A DNA stretch of 64,000 bases, taken from the NCBI GenBank assembly GCA_002633005.1, contig NMRA01000024.1:1269903-1333902 (forward strand), given 5' to 3'. The notes under the pieces are model-generated. The model ran no database searches. It was not told the origin of the DNA and was given only the letters and a program-made list of their open reading frames with translations. The translations under genes were made by a program, and so were the position numbers. The stretch is from Phoronis australis. Lineage: Eukaryota > Animalia > Phoronida. This document shows positions 34,879 to 50,600 of the stretch, in pieces (the first letter of the stretch is position 1; every line of letters starts with the position of its first letter).

Positions 34879-35662
34879 TGTCAAGTATCCAAGAGACAAT
34901 GAGATAAACCTCATAGACTGAACCAATAACACAGAACGAGCCAACTGCAAACATGACTACAGTTGTGTGTCAGTAGCTCAACGCTACTGCTTGAAGAACA
35001 AAACCAGTGCAGCATCTAACATAGTTAGTTTCTTTAAGCCATACAACTAACCATACTTTATGTCGTCTACCTCATTTTCGTCTGCTCCCAAAGATACCGT
35101 ACTACTAACTGCACCAAGGCAATGAAGAATAACAATCCTTACTATTTACTTGAAATGGTGTTAAAAAGCAGTAAAAATTTAAATTTTCAATTTATTCACA
35201 AGTTTAATTGCCTTTTATCCAAACAACTACTCATACAGGGACATAAATGCTTGTTAACACCAGAAGAAAGAAAACGGTTCCGCGATAATTTCATTTTACT
35301 GCTAAGACTGCTATTTACAGTACAATATATTAAATTCTTGAACATAAGACTACACTGCCATGCAATATTGACCACAATGCTTGTAGTCGATGAATACAAC
35401 CTTAATTGGCTTTGTTCAATGACACCTTATTCTCCACTGACTTTCACTAAATTCTCACACAGTTAGCTGAGCACATCAGTTCTCCATGTATAAAATTCAA
35501 ATTAACCACGTGGACCAGCTGATAATCACTCTAATTAATCGTCATTATAAATAAAGTATTCCCACTACAACGGTGCCGCACAAATCTCGACTAATCCCAC
35601 AGTATACAGCGTCAGGTCCGTACATGAGCTGGGTCCGACTTGCGTGAGCACGTGATACGGTC

Positions 35663-38600
35663 TTAACTCAACAGGTTGCGTATCTCTTTGTGAATGTGGC
35701 ACAGGAAGTCTACGTAAGAAGCTGTACCGTTCATACCCTTGTCCTCGACCAGGAAGTGATTAAACCATGGCTCCAGCTTATCACGCTGTCGAACAATCGT
35801 CAGCTGTAAAGACAATAAATTGGTCTGAACACTGTAACAGCTCAACTGAGAATGAGATGAAAACTATTCAGGTTGTTTACTTATTGAGCAACCTTAAACC
35901 AAGGGAACAATGCACGTTGCAAAATGCTGTATGGTACAAAACATACACGATGTTCGAGAATTAAGAACAATCCTTCCACTGTGTAGCATTATATGTTAAA
36001 TTCAAAAACTATACAGAAATAATTGAGCTTAACGAAGCCTTATGTCTACAGCAATGGATTCAATAATACAGCCAAGCAACAACAAGCATAGAATGGCAAT
36101 ACTAGAGTGAAATTAGTTAGCACACTCGTTCAAAATTCAAACGTTCCATCACAGGATGGTTCTTCGATAGAACTATTCTAACCCGAGATTGCGTGTGAAA
36201 CCCAGACTCATAACCAGTATGTTTTGGTACACACATGCATTTCGCTGCAGTTGAGTCTGATAAAGTTGAGTTTGCAAAGTTGAGTTAACAATGTCTCTTT
36301 TATTTTTCCATGACAGTACTATGACCACAGTGGAGCTCATAGATGGCTTCATGGTATGTAAAATCAAAAAATTTGTGACCAAATCAGAAAGCTGTAACAT
36401 GAAATCCAAGCTATTCACTGGACAGAGATTTTGAAGAACACCGATTATACAAACATGGATCGATCCCCAGGGCAATCTCAGGTCATAAGGGCCGAGTGAG
36501 ATCAATGTTGCAGGAAGTCATGAGCAATACAACCTTCCTAAGGTCTGCATACTCTGACGTGCCACAGGGAGAGATCTATATGTTTCATTACACAATGATC
36601 CTTCCTCCCACTAATATCTTCATCTGACAGATGGGTATGTTTCTCCCGCTTTGACGTACCACCGTTTGTTTGTAAACTTTATTTACATGGTCAAGGGTTT
36701 ATGATTTCTGCGGTGTGTAACTGGTCATAACTCAAATAGTGACAGCTGAGCCCCAGTCCCCAGATGCTTGATTGAACAGTGATACCACATGGAAAGCCTG
36801 ACAAGATCACTTCATAACAGAAGTCAGCGTGCTGGGCCAGAGGACATAAGTATCAGTAGTTACATAATAAAACCCAGCAAGTACCTTCATATGTTTCTGC
36901 CGTTGACTACGAACAGATTTTACGATTTCGCGAACTCGTTTCGACAAGGGAGTTTGCAGATCTAGCAGGCGGGTCTGAAAAAATAACATTAGGCAAGTCT
37001 AAGCACTTGATTGCTACCTTAAAATATAATACATAAAAAATAACATCTCCTCTCAACATAAGGCATAGCTCCTGCCGTGAACATGAATGACGGCACGTGA
37101 CCAAATTTGAAAATTAATATTGTTATGCCCAATATGTCCTCTTTGCTTATCCTAAAAAAGCTTAATGACTTAACTGTTGCTTCTGAAGAATGAGCACAAT
37201 GTAAGTTGAGTTTGTCAGTGAAACAAGATAACTTGAGTGACAAAGCAGCATATCTCAAAATAACCTATGTGCTACAGACTACGAATTCGTCACAATAAGT
37301 TATACGAACAGTACTTAAGATTAAATCTCAGGGCTGTTCCAGTAAAATCCGTGTGGGAGGGGGGGGACGGCAGTAGAAATAAAAATTCATGGGTGGTGGT
37401 CTTCAGAAAAAAACTCAAATTATGGGTGGTCGTTCCTGTAAGAAGTGATGCATTAAAAATGGGTGGTATTTTTTGACCTGTTAATGTCGATAGGTTGATT
37501 ACTTCAGCCCTAAAAACTCAAAAATAAATGCAATTGTCCTAACTTATCCAAATACAAAAAAGCCCATATTGCCAGTGAACAGAGTGCAATATGTTCACTA
37601 AGCCATTAATCAAGTCATGGGCAACTCGATTTGAGCCAACTGTTTGTCTGCAGTCCTATTGAATTGAAAAGTTATGCAACACTGAACTGGTGTTAACACA
37701 TATAAGAAAATTGATGATTTTTAAATAAAAAGTATGAGGAGTAAGATAAACAAGTTCCAATATTCACTTGACATAGAAGTATAGAAGAGTTCGTGGAGAC
37801 AGTTTGAGATTCATAGATCCTTATAAATGAAAAAATGTTCATTGAAATTATAGACACATGGTGAACAGAGACACCTGGTGGCTGCCAAAAGTATTGCTCA
37901 CAGGCTACTTTAGTTTTTGACAATATTGGACAAGACAACTAGTTCTTGTCTGTCAGTCATCTAAGTTCTTAACAGGTCCTCCTGGAGGCAATTTGTTTGC
38001 AAGTGTTGGATTTTATATTTTAACCTATTAAAAATAATTAAAAAATTATGGGTCATGGGTTGGAGAAATAAATGAAAAATACGGGCGGTGGGTATGAAAT
38101 AAAAGTGCCTTCCCCCCCCTCCCATACAGATTTTGCTGGAACAGCCCTCACCACTTTAGGAAACAATATGGTGGAAAAAGAGAATTCCATTTCTTCATTT
38201 TTTTCACAGAAGATGAGTAACATCGAATAAATGCTTTAATCAGACAATGTTATAAGAAATTGTTGGCACTTACAGCAGAGCCTTTGAAAATTCAAAAAAA
38301 AAACAAATTTTAAAAATCTTTTTTGTCCGAACCTGGCAAGATATCACTGTTGTGGATCATTCTCTATGAAAATGCTTTCTTAAAATCGTCAATACACAAT
38401 ATATGTAGTGTATACATAGCCTACCTTGTCAATATCAATCTGTGCTGCCGACTGAACACCAAACACATTCTGTACCCACTCTGGGTCCACGTTCAGGCCA
38501 ATTCGAACAAACATGGAGATGCCGTTTTCTGCAAAAACAACACGGTCAGCATCAGGCCTACATTCTGGGAGCACTACACATGATCACGAAACTGAATCAG

Positions 38601-41600
38601 ATGTCAACTCCTTAATTTATGTAGAGCAGTCGTTCTCTATGTTACTTTGTTAACTCTCCCTAGTGTGTGGTGGGGGTTCTGTGAGGTAAGTGACCCGAGT
38701 AAGCATGTGAACTGAAGAAACCAGTTGTTCGTAACGTGGAGAGCATGTAATGTCATACTAGCAGTTTCCATGTAAATCATCATGATATGCAGAATATTCC
38801 ATTAAGCACATTTCAACTGGGCGGCTATCATAACTATTCTTATAAGCTGATTACATAAGTGGAATGGGGCAAGGCGATAGCGGAGTTCTACAGAAGTTTA
38901 CTGTATAAATAAAGATGAGAGCCGGTATGAGATTTGAACGGCATATCACGTTCCCACTGATGAGTCATTATCATGAGATACAACTTGAAGTTTAACCAAG
39001 GAGTGTTACAACTAGACTCCTTGGTTTAACCATGAGGTACAAATAAATGATTCCAGGCAATTTTGTTTGACAAATTATGGTGCGTTATAACAACAGCTGA
39101 AGTCTCACTGTTACACTACAAGCACTGACAAGCATAGCACCTATCAGATAATGCTGTATCACACATCTGATATAATGCTATATCACATATCAGATATAAT
39201 CCTTCCTAGTGCATTCTGGGCTTAACTCTATTTATTGTATATTGTACATTTTGTGATAAATATTAAAAAAACAAGGACATCAAATAATGCAAATGGAAAA
39301 AAGAAACACGACTCACCTAGTAAGAACACCCCATTGTCTTGGAGCCGTTCTACTGAGCAGCGTATTGCACTGGGCATCGATGTTTCTTCTGGATTTACCT
39401 CATGCTGGAAACGAGATGGATACGAGTTGAAAATGAGCTAAAATATCGAGTTCAAACCACCAGAGCTCGACATGTTCTCCGAGAACTGGTTTGACGTGTC
39501 CTGATAACGAGCACACCAGTTAGGCCGAGACAAGTTTGGTTCAACTGGGTCGAGCCAGACAAACAATGAAACACGTTTAAACTCACAAGAGTTTAAATCC
39601 CGTGTTAACAATATGAGCTTCAATGCACAGATTACAAGGCTTTATATGTGTATACAAAACCCCACTTTGTGGACGTGAACTTTTGAGGACGTACAAGTAA
39701 GGTGTACCCAGGTTGTATAAGGTGTTTCCAGCAGATGCAGAAGCAGCAAGATGAGAGGTCAATCATAGAAAGTATTAAGTACAAATAATAATACAATTTG
39801 TACACTTCAACTTGGAATGACCAATGACAAAAAAAGCGGAAACTTTGTAACTTTTACGGCCAAAATCATGCCCGATAACCAGCCTTGAAATGGTCAATGT
39901 GAACCTTTCCCCGAGAAAAATCGGGAGGACTAAAAAAAAAAAAAAACGTTACCACCATCAGTAGCATGCGTCTGCGTCCTTTTAGCTCGCCCGTCCACTC
40001 CCAACCCACACAATTTTGGCTGCACAGCGGTAGTATTTGTCGCCGCGCTTAACAATAACACGAGACGCCATTGAAAATCCCACCACGCTGTCCCAGATGC
40101 CCCGGCAATGTTGACAATTTACGTTCCTCCGAAACATAAAGAGCAACTTCCGCTTTTCGAGGTGAACGTCGTCTGCAACGCCGCGGTAAGAAAGGAATTT
40201 GCCGCGGAAATTTTACATCAAATCTGATTTTTTACGCGGAAATATTATAAAAAAAGCGGAAAGCACATTTGAAAAAAGCGGAAATCCGCGTTTCCGCGGA
40301 AAATTCCAAGCCCTGACACTTACCTAAATTAAATCAAGAACACCTGCTGCCTGTGTTGTCAAGGACAGAATAGTACAGAGATTGTCTAGCCACCCACAAC
40401 TGGTGTTAACAAGAGCATTGTAATTATATACAAGGATATGCAGAAAGGGTCTTGACACTTACGATTGGCATCAACCTGGGGTAGAAAAAGACATTTGTGG
40501 CCCTCACGTTCATGCCGTTCACCAGGAAAGCTAGATAACTACGGTCGTCCGTGGAGATCTCTGAACCTGCAAACATAGGAAAATCCTAGTAATGTCTCCC
40601 GCCAGACAGACACGGCAATGTGGATAACACGTGTATCAGAAACGTTGGCCAGTGCTGACGTAGTGTTAAGTGGTGGGTGCAAATTTCACTTAACTGCGGT
40701 CTGAAACTTCAGTGATCCCAAGGAAGAAGTAGTCTTGCACGGTCACACCAATGACCGCCCCTTCATCTGGTAAGAGTTCCATTAGGTGACCTTAATTGTC
40801 TACATTTATACTTAACACTTGATATTCACCATGTCATTCCAAGAAGGGGGGCTGCAAGGTCATGTTGTACTCAACACCATGAGAACAGAAAGCTTTTTAC
40901 CTACATGAGGACCCTAGTTTTCGATAACAGTACAGTGGGTCTACCTCAATAGTGTGTATTTACAAAAGTCGAGCCCTTGTTTTTAGTGGTGCCACCTTGT
41001 TACTTTTGATCTTTGATTTGTGAGCTTAATTCACACAAGTGAACTGAAATGCCTAACGGTAACGCGAACCACAGAGCACGGTTGAAACCTTATCCACAAA
41101 CAATCCATGAGGTGTATTATGCAAATATGGTCAATTTTTCTCTCGAGCACGTTTTTTGCCAGACCTCCCTTACTTACCTGAACACCACGATTTCACTTCT
41201 AAGCAACACAGCCAGTAAGGACAAGTAACGTTGATGTAATTTGTTAAAAGTAGGCTTGTACTCATCAGAGTAAAAATGACAGACACAGCAGTAATAGCAG
41301 ACTGAGCTCTGCTTGCCAGGGCACTGTGATCTCAGAACTGGCAGAGGAGCATTAATGTAGCTTAGAGTAACAGGAAAGTTTTTGTTAAGAACACTGACAT
41401 GGAACGTTTATTCGATATTGCAGATTCCTGGACACTGTTGACACTGAAGAGTTGACAGCAAATGTCATCCTTAACAAAACTGTGAGACGTCCAGCCGTTA
41501 AAGAAGACGAAACGTATAAAAAGTCAAGTCATATGGCGACAGGATAGCTGGACAGCCCATAAACGCCTGCTCTAGGACGCACAAGCGCCAGTTAGTAAGT

Positions 41601-44600
41601 AAAAAGATGAAGGTTACTAACCGCCTTGCAGCGCGTCACTCTTGATAACGCAGTTGATGTAGACAGGCAGCAGCTTCATACACTCGGGCAGGATCAGCTG
41701 TCCGGCCGACGACGGGCTGGCGCAGTTCTTGCGGTAGCAGGCCAGGATGTTGGCACATTGCATCATCAACTGCTCGCGCACCTCCTTGGGCGTCTTCTGC
41801 AGGGTTAGTCGCAGTGCTGCAACACACCAACACAGTTCAGTTGCCAGGGAAATTAACATAGAAGTTTGAGGGCTTGGGAGGTACCTCTTACTAAAGGAAA
41901 TGGCGGGGACGTGGGGCCAACTCCTGTAGACATTTTGTCTTAGCAGGTATAGCATCAGATGGCTATTTGCTCTTTCAGGTACTGTCAGTGAAGTTGTTTC
42001 AAGTACTCCATTTCCAGGATGCCCAAGCATTGCATTTATCTGTATTTTGAAGGAGCAGCAACATTCCCTATCTATTATTTAGGAGGCATTGGCTCTATCC
42101 AGCTTGAACTTTGAAATTTATCACATTCTGTATGTCATGTACATCGTTGTCCGTATCTATACACCTAGCCTACTTCCTCATCGTCCAAACTACCCAATGA
42201 GAAAAAAAAACATCAAAATCACTGCCAAAAAGTAGATTTGTTGCTGCTTCAAAAACCAATATTTCTGCTTGTTGACATGGTCACCAACGCTAAAAACTTC
42301 CATGAAAAGATCGATATTTCACTTTGATGAATCATTCGCACACAGTAGTTGTGGGTGCAGAAATATTGGAATGTCTTCATAGAAGTGTCATCTATAGATA
42401 TTTGGCAATATGACTTGTCTATCCAGATTTCAGGACTTTTACGGACACCACGTTCACAGTGGAGCAATTGACAGGGCTATAAAAAACATTCTCTTTACTC
42501 TAATTATACACTACTAAGCCAAAAAATCTTTATATATAAATTAACAACTATGATACATAACGCTAAAGAAATGATGTCCGAAATTCTTAAAGGAATAGAG
42601 GCACAGTGCAGCAGTACTCAACTTCCCTACACTACAAAAAAGAACGGAACGACTGAACAAAAAACGAAATAAAACCACACCAGATTTTGCAGTGAAATTG
42701 ATGAATGTGTCGAGCTCACACGACCTGAACAGGTCAGCCATCTGCGTGCAACAGTTGAGCGCCAGGTTGTGAATGCGCAGCCGACGCTGGCCTGTGATAC
42801 TGGTGTACAGCAGCGCCACCTGTACAAGGGCGCCTTCTGGCTCATTCATCTTGTCATCATGCTTTATCTCTACGCTGATCGACTGGTCACAGTCCATGGC
42901 TGCCAGCTCCACGTCGGTGGTGTTGGCCATGTAAAAGTTGCCGAAGAAGTCAACAGGCCTTATACCTGGATAACGCAGAAGAGAAGGTAAACAAGATTAT
43001 TAATGGCTCAAATTTATAAAAGCGGTGATCAAAAAAGTAACTAAGTCTTTATCTATACAAGAATAAGTCTTTATCTATACAAAAATAAATGCATTGTTAA
43101 CTAATTTGGTAAATTTATTGTGGGCACAGAGCATGAAGGGATACACACATGTTTAACAGGACTGTTGCACAATACATGTTCATTCTCCAAATCTGATTCG
43201 TTTGTTTGCCATTTCTAGGCATACAGAGCATGTGACGGCTCACATGCCTACTTTCGCAACAAGGTGTCATCATACAGTAAATTTGTGAACAGAGTCTGAT
43301 CCACCGGAACAGAATTTGAACTCATGGTGTTGTACTAAGTGTGGGTACATTTTGGGACACCGCTTAGACAATTGAAGAGAATTTTAACAAACAGGCTAAT
43401 CCTTATATACCTGTGCTGGTTCGTATCCTCAAGATGGCGTCAAACGCTATTGGCTTCATCACATTCTGCTTAAGGTCCTCCATGAACCGATCACCATCCA
43501 GGTCAGCCTGTGTCGGAGTGGAACAGAAATTACCCAAGATTCCCGATACTGAGAAACGACAATTTTGCTAAAAATCACAGAACTAGACACCATTTAATAC
43601 AGATGTTTCTTCTAGTTTAAAGCAAGTCTTGCCAAACCTTTTGTGGATCATTCAATAAAATTGTGAAATAAGAGGCCAAAAACACAGACATGGACATTAT
43701 CTTGTAACAAAACTTGTTCATACATAATTTTTTTGTTTTGCACAACACGTGTAGTGATTGCGGTATAACTGGCAATCTGACACAGTATTCAGACCATCAC
43801 CTCGGAACCCACCATGAGACGGCCACCATTATTTCACCATGAGACGGCCACTATTCCACTATGAGACGGCCCCTATTTCACCATGAGACAGCCACTATTT
43901 TACTATCAGACGGCCATCACTATTTCACCATACCTGGAAGTAGCTGTACTTGTACATGTTGCCGCTGGTGAGGCGACACACCTCGCCGAGTGTGGCGACA
44001 TCTGTGTAGGAGTTGGGAAACAGGAAGAGGTCGACACAGCAGCCGGCTGCCACGCAGTCCTCGCCGAGCTTGGTGTAGAAGTTGTTCTGCGGTGTCAGGA
44101 GTGTCTGCAGAGACATAGAGAGCCAGTGTCCTTAATGGAGTTCATTCAGTTAACAGTAGCTGAAATTGTGCCTACCATTTCATAAGCGTTGCAAGGTATT
44201 CACACAATGGGTATGATAAAACAATACTTCAGAAACACAAGCCAGAGGGCTAGGATTCCGCCTGATATGAATGTACGGGGAAGTGAACAAGTTTCCAGTT
44301 CAACAACAGTACAGTGCCTTCTTTAGGAACAGCCCACAGACAAGGAAGACAAAACTTATTAAGTGTATACGAACAGTGCATGCTGACGACAATCATACGG
44401 CACAAAAACCCAGTTCCAGAATCTATAGGGTGCAAGAGTTCATTTTAGACAAATAATAAATACTGCAACAACAGTATTTACTTCTCACATAGACAATATC
44501 TTACCATGGACCACTATTGTTTCTTTAGACACGGACTGGGTTTTTGGACTCTAAGCAAGACTACATCTGCCACATTACAATTATAATATAGCAGTGTTCT

Positions 44601-47600
44601 CCACAACATAAAGTTTAAACTCGACTGGAATTATAACATCCCTGTACATAGTTTTCAGAAGTCCATGTCCATACTGTGGGCAGTTTGTGTGTTAAAGCCT
44701 GGAATAATTGAGTAAACTGGCATCAAATGTCCAAAATATCCTAAATGAATAATCTCCCAACTCATTGCATAGGTTTTCAAACTTGACACAAGAAAGCAAA
44801 GCTCGTCGTGGCAAAATTTGAACTCCAGGCAGTGACGAATCAAAAAAGGTTGTAAAGAACACTACAGAGTAGTATATTTGAACAGTGTACATTGGAGGTC
44901 TTGCTACCTGACTCAAGAACTTACCTTTTCCTTCTCAGTGCCCAGCAGCTTGCGATCGTCCCTGTTTTTGATCTTGCCAGGCGCCTCTGCTATGGGTAGA
45001 GTGCTGTGGAAGACCATCAATTTACCGGCGCAGTCAGCCGCCTTCAAAGCCTCCAGGCCAGCTTGCACGACAGGTCCAAACACGGTCTCCGTCTCCCGTG
45101 TACCCGCGAACATCTGGGGAATCTGGGTCAACAGACTGCAACAAAGGACGGGGGTGTAGTAATTACTAAACTAGTCTCTTTTCGCCACATAAAGTTTTAC
45201 GAGGTGCTGTTTTATAACAGAGAAATGTATTCTTAAGGTTAAATATAACCTCATCGCTGTGTGTATGTTTCGCCGTAGATTTTAAACCAGTAAAAGCATA
45301 CATTTTCTGAAAGTGGAAAGCCTGCAGAAGTTGATTTTTGACTGTTGTTAATCGGGTCATGTGACATCGACAAATGTCTTTCTTTTGATAAAATATAGAA
45401 AAGAAGAATAACAAAGCAATCGTATCAATAATGTGACCAAATTTCATGTGATATGAATGTTCAAAATGGTATCTCAATAACGCTCCTGTTTTCTAAATTA
45501 TTGTTTCATTTTTCATGCAAAACATAAAAGTCCTGTTTTATGATAGTCCCTCGTGCAACAGTGGAGCACTTTACAAACCATTCCTAACAGCGCGTAAATC
45601 ATAGTATCTGAAAATTTCATGTGCATCCAACCAGTCATTTCTGAGATGTGATGTTCCAAAGTTGGCCAAATTTGAACATTTTTACTGGGTCCTACATAGT
45701 GCCAATCTGTAATTTGGCAAGGTAGAAATATAATAAAACATAAGTTGGGACATGCTAAACTCAGACTAAGTTAAGCAGGACACTTGTTCTACTAGTTGGA
45801 TCCAACTAATACAATTTTAACCGTATGTAAAAGAAAACGAACCATAAAACATAAAAATAAGGCTAGGCCACCCACTGAAAGTTTCAACCAAAAACGTCCA
45901 GAAGCATACATCTCAAAGACAAGAACATGTTTTACGACAGTTCATGAAGTGTATGTATAGCGAGAAACAAAACAAAACTGACTAAATGCTGCGGAGACGT
46001 TCCTTAACATTTTACACCTGTCTACCCTACCTGTCGATGACGGCCTCTGACTCGGACAGCTTGGCCAAGAATCCATCCAACAGAGGCATGAACATGTCTT
46101 GTACGTCAGAGACAACTAGCATTTGGGGCTGGGCTAAAGCACTCTGCAACAGTATAGTTAGAAAACACTGAAGAGCAGTCATTCAAGTAAAGTTAGGGTA
46201 TAAACGTAGACTTGCTCAGCAACAGCTTGTTTACTTAAAACCACAACAAACCATGCTCTGCCAGGGCTCAGGACTCAAAATCGAAGTAAAGATTATTCTT
46301 GGGATTCCCTATTCTGCTTTTTATGCGTACTCAAGATGAGTGTCTCTCATTCTATGCTAGAATACATAATGGCTTAAGTGAACAACTTTATAATCCTAAT
46401 TTGCACTTGATGACTTCAGCATTGAGGCTGAAAGTTCGAGTCTAGAACTTAAGTTTTCACTCAGTGACACGCTTGTAGCCCAAATGTATGGGTCATCAAG
46501 TGCAAAATTGGTCTAGAAACCATAAAAATACTTGAGCGCTGACTAACAGCCACGTATCTTGCGATAGCACAAAAGTAGAATGGAAAGTACCAAAAACATT
46601 TTTGAGCTCGATTTTGAGTCTACGGATCAGACCACGAACCCTGGTGTCTGACACGACTTCCGTCACAGGCACATTTGGTCTTCAGAGCAACAACCTTGGC
46701 TTTTTAATTTTTACTCAAATTGCAAGTGGTTGCAAAAAATGCCTAGAATTCCCCCGACAGTTACACTTCTTCGGCAGCTGAAAATAAGCCACTATTTCAA
46801 GTCAACTGCAGGAGCCAGGGCAATGACAAAAAAGGCAAATTTTCCAGCTAATGTAAGTAGTAAATAGGCTTGTGTGATAGAAATACTTGTTGTGTTGTAA
46901 AATTTAACTGAAATAAAGTCGTTTTTGCACGGATAAAGCCAAAATAATGATAAAAGAGACAAAATAAGAAAATGGAAATCAAATAACAGGAAATCGAAAC
47001 CAAAAAAAAGGAAATCCTCTTAAATGAGGAAAATTCCAAGCCCTGAAGAGCCATGTCTGAAGCACTGATAAAATTCTGGTTCTCCTTAAACCTAGAAATT
47101 TCTTCTAATCTGGGCAAAGAAAAATATAAGTCTTAGAATAGTTTTGTAATGGGAAGGGGCCCAGATTGAAACATTTTTGCACAAAGTTTGCACCTAGACA
47201 AGCACACATTTCCCAATATATACTCCAAAGTCACTCACATTGATATTGTAAAAGTGAAGCACATTACTGTAGGTGACAAATCCTACACGTATTTCCGACT
47301 CATCCATATTCGCTTCTCTGCAAGAGCAATAGTATTTGAGTAGTACAACATCAAACAACTGAGAACTATTGCTGACAACATGTTGTACTTACATACATTT
47401 CAGCAACTACAACATTCACTGGTTTCAGTGAATAATAGTATGACAAACTACTCGTTGGAAGTTTTAATTCAATTAGCAATCTGTTCTTCCCTACCCCAGC
47501 ACCTATTAGCAAATTACAAGCCTTAGGTAAGAACATGTCATGGTAATATGAAGGATCTTATTTTAAAAGTGTTGTCAATATCAAACATCAGCGGAAAAGT

Positions 47601-50600
47601 GGTTAAGATCGGTACTCCCTTTACAGATTGGAAAATCAATTCAGTACTCTAGTGTACAGCAGGAGCACTCTGTAGACACTGGTGGCTATACCCAAAAACA
47701 TGGCAAACAGGACCTCAAATTTCAATGTCTCGACTCGTTAAACAATACGCAAAGAGAACATATCTTGTCGGAGACTCACACCTACCACAGGATTGTTTCC
47801 CCACCCTGAAAAAAGGTTAAGGTGGCGTTAAATAATGTCACAAAAGTCTCAAACAAGTACTGCCTCACAGAATACTGGAACGGCACCCACTCACACCCAC
47901 TCACTTTGGCAAGTTGACCAGGATCTCGTCCTTCAATCTACTACATATCAAGTTAACGAGCCCACTTGTGACGCTGTTGTACGACACGTCAATCATGAAG
48001 ATGAAGGCAGGTGGCTTGGGAAACACTCCGCCCTGAAAACGGTGTACAGAATTACATTAAGAACATCGGGATGTCAGGTACGCTGAGCAGACTGAGGAAC
48101 ACTGCCCAGTTGAGTGCAGACTGTCACTCTCACATCACCAATTTCAGACCATCAACACATACCAAGACCCTAAATAACGAAAAACCAACTCAAAGACTGT
48201 CAATAGTCATTATAAGAGCTCCCTTGAACATGTCTAGAATGATGAACAATGGAGAATTCTTCCTTCTAGCCACCTGGTGACTGGAAATTCCATTTTCTAT
48301 AAAGAAGGATATTTCCCACCATCCATTGCATGCACGCACACACGCATGCACGCACACGCACACACAACGCTGTATTCGTAAAAGGTTAATAACACAATAT
48401 CACACAATACAAGGTGTGGGACAACACACATTTCAAGGAAATTAATTTGATTACTTGAAGGAGGAAGTTGAATATTTTCAATTCGATTCTTGTTTGTCTA
48501 AAACTACTTCACTTTTTTTCTCAAACATAAGTAGTTAACTTACCACTCGTACCACATTTAGCAATAAAATAGTTAAATATGGTAAGATTCCAACTAATCA
48601 ACAATCCTGGAGCCCATTCCAAGAAAACCCACTTAGCCAAAACAAACCTTAAATTTCAGATTTCAGTCAATTTTAAGATAAGACTTCAGTTTGTCTCAAG
48701 TCCGTTCCAAGAAAGAGATCTTAATTTTGAGTATGATATCGGATATGGAAATTTCAAGGTTTGGAAGTTGAGACAAATCTTAAGACTTTAAGTCAAAAAT
48801 GAACTTAAGTCAGTTTCTTGGGACTGGCCCCTGACCTGGGCTGTTTATTTGTTCAATATTTCAATAATACTCTTAAAAAGATACAAATACGTCAATTTGT
48901 TAAAACACCCACCCACAAATTGAAACCAAAAATTAAATCAAAATGAGCCTTGGCACATTGATATCAAAATTGGTTGCTCTAGATCAGTATTACATTACAA
49001 TTTGATTAATCGTCGCATGCTTACACAATACCCTGTAGTAAGCCTAAATAGCTACACAGTTTGACTAACCTTGCAATAGTCTTTTGTAGTGATAAACTCG
49101 TATGACCCTAGACATAGCTCTGGCCGTTCGTAACAGTCCACTCTGCGTCCAGTGTGGTCGAGGTGTGCAAAGTATTCAGGAGGCACTAAGACAACACAAA
49201 AATAGCACGTCATTTCCAAGCAAGTGACGCACAATGCCAATCCAAGTGACAAAAATAAATGTTGTGTAATTAATTCAAAATGAAGAAGACAAGTGAATTG
49301 ACTAGTTAGTAATTTCAAACACAGGCAGCACCTCACCACCCCTTCAAAATCTAATGGGTTGCACCAAACATTGACTGTCAAGTCCCCACTATATTCCTGG
49401 CTTTGTCTCGTGAAGAATGACACAAGACTTATCAGGCATTAGGTCTTATGCTCTACTAGACTACTGTTGAAAAATAATTAAATTTCTCTGAAGCAAAAAG
49501 ACAAAGTCTTAGAAAATAAACGCATAACTGCTAGGTGATGAGACAATTTCTGAAATTTCTAGACTGTGATGCGCTCGCAATTATGTGGCTAAACGTTTTC
49601 CTAGCAAATGTGAAGTGGGAGAATAAGACCAAATTTCTGCCGTTTTAAGTCACTTTCATGAAACAGACCCTTGGGGTGCATTCGGCAGAGCAAATATCTT
49701 GCGATGACACAAGACGTTTGAAGAGTGTGAAAACAGAGTGTGTCGTGATTAGTAAGGTACTGAGCTTATTTGTGGACACTAGCAAAATGGTCTCCAACGT
49801 TACAATGTTTCATTATGGGACAAAATTCACTGTTTGCATCCCCTACATGAAGATGTCTTACAGCAGGTGTCACATAATTTTACTGGAATTATAGAATGCA
49901 CCTAGCTGCTCATCAGTTGGTCACAAGGTCAAACATGACATCGGTGGATTGGAAGACCTAACAACATTGACGTAAGAACCAGTAACATTAACACACTGAC
50001 CACTCAGCTGGACAGCAGTCAGTGAATGACACTCGGTAAAATTAAATGGCGAAATCTACGTGCATCCACTTGGTCTGTGTTTGCAAATTAAACATGTCTG
50101 TACATGCAAATGGCTCCAATGCACCACCAATGCAAGAAAACACAACTACGCCATTGATTCGCTTTTCTGTAGACTTTTCTAGCCGGCCACTAGCACCACC
50201 AACTCACCTTCGGTGCTGCAAGTGCAGAGGGGGCACTGAAATCGACGACCACCGTCGACGAATACCATGAAGGGGTTCATGTAGGCTTTGCACCGGTTAC
50301 ACCGCACCGGGCCCATTTCACCCAGGTTGACTACGGGAATTGGTTGCTAGAAATGGAACATCACGGAATGAGGAAGACGGTGTAAAACACTTGACATGCT
50401 GATACATGGGTAATGCCTGTACTCCAATTTCCACAGAAATGTATATTAATTTTCCTAACTGAATAACTGAGAGAAGAAAATGATGTCACCACATTCCAAA
50501 AAGAACTAGTTTGGTACCATCAATCATAACGTGTCTACAGATCAGCATGAATAATTGAGGTTTACATACATACATGCGGTACAAAGTGAAACATTTATTT

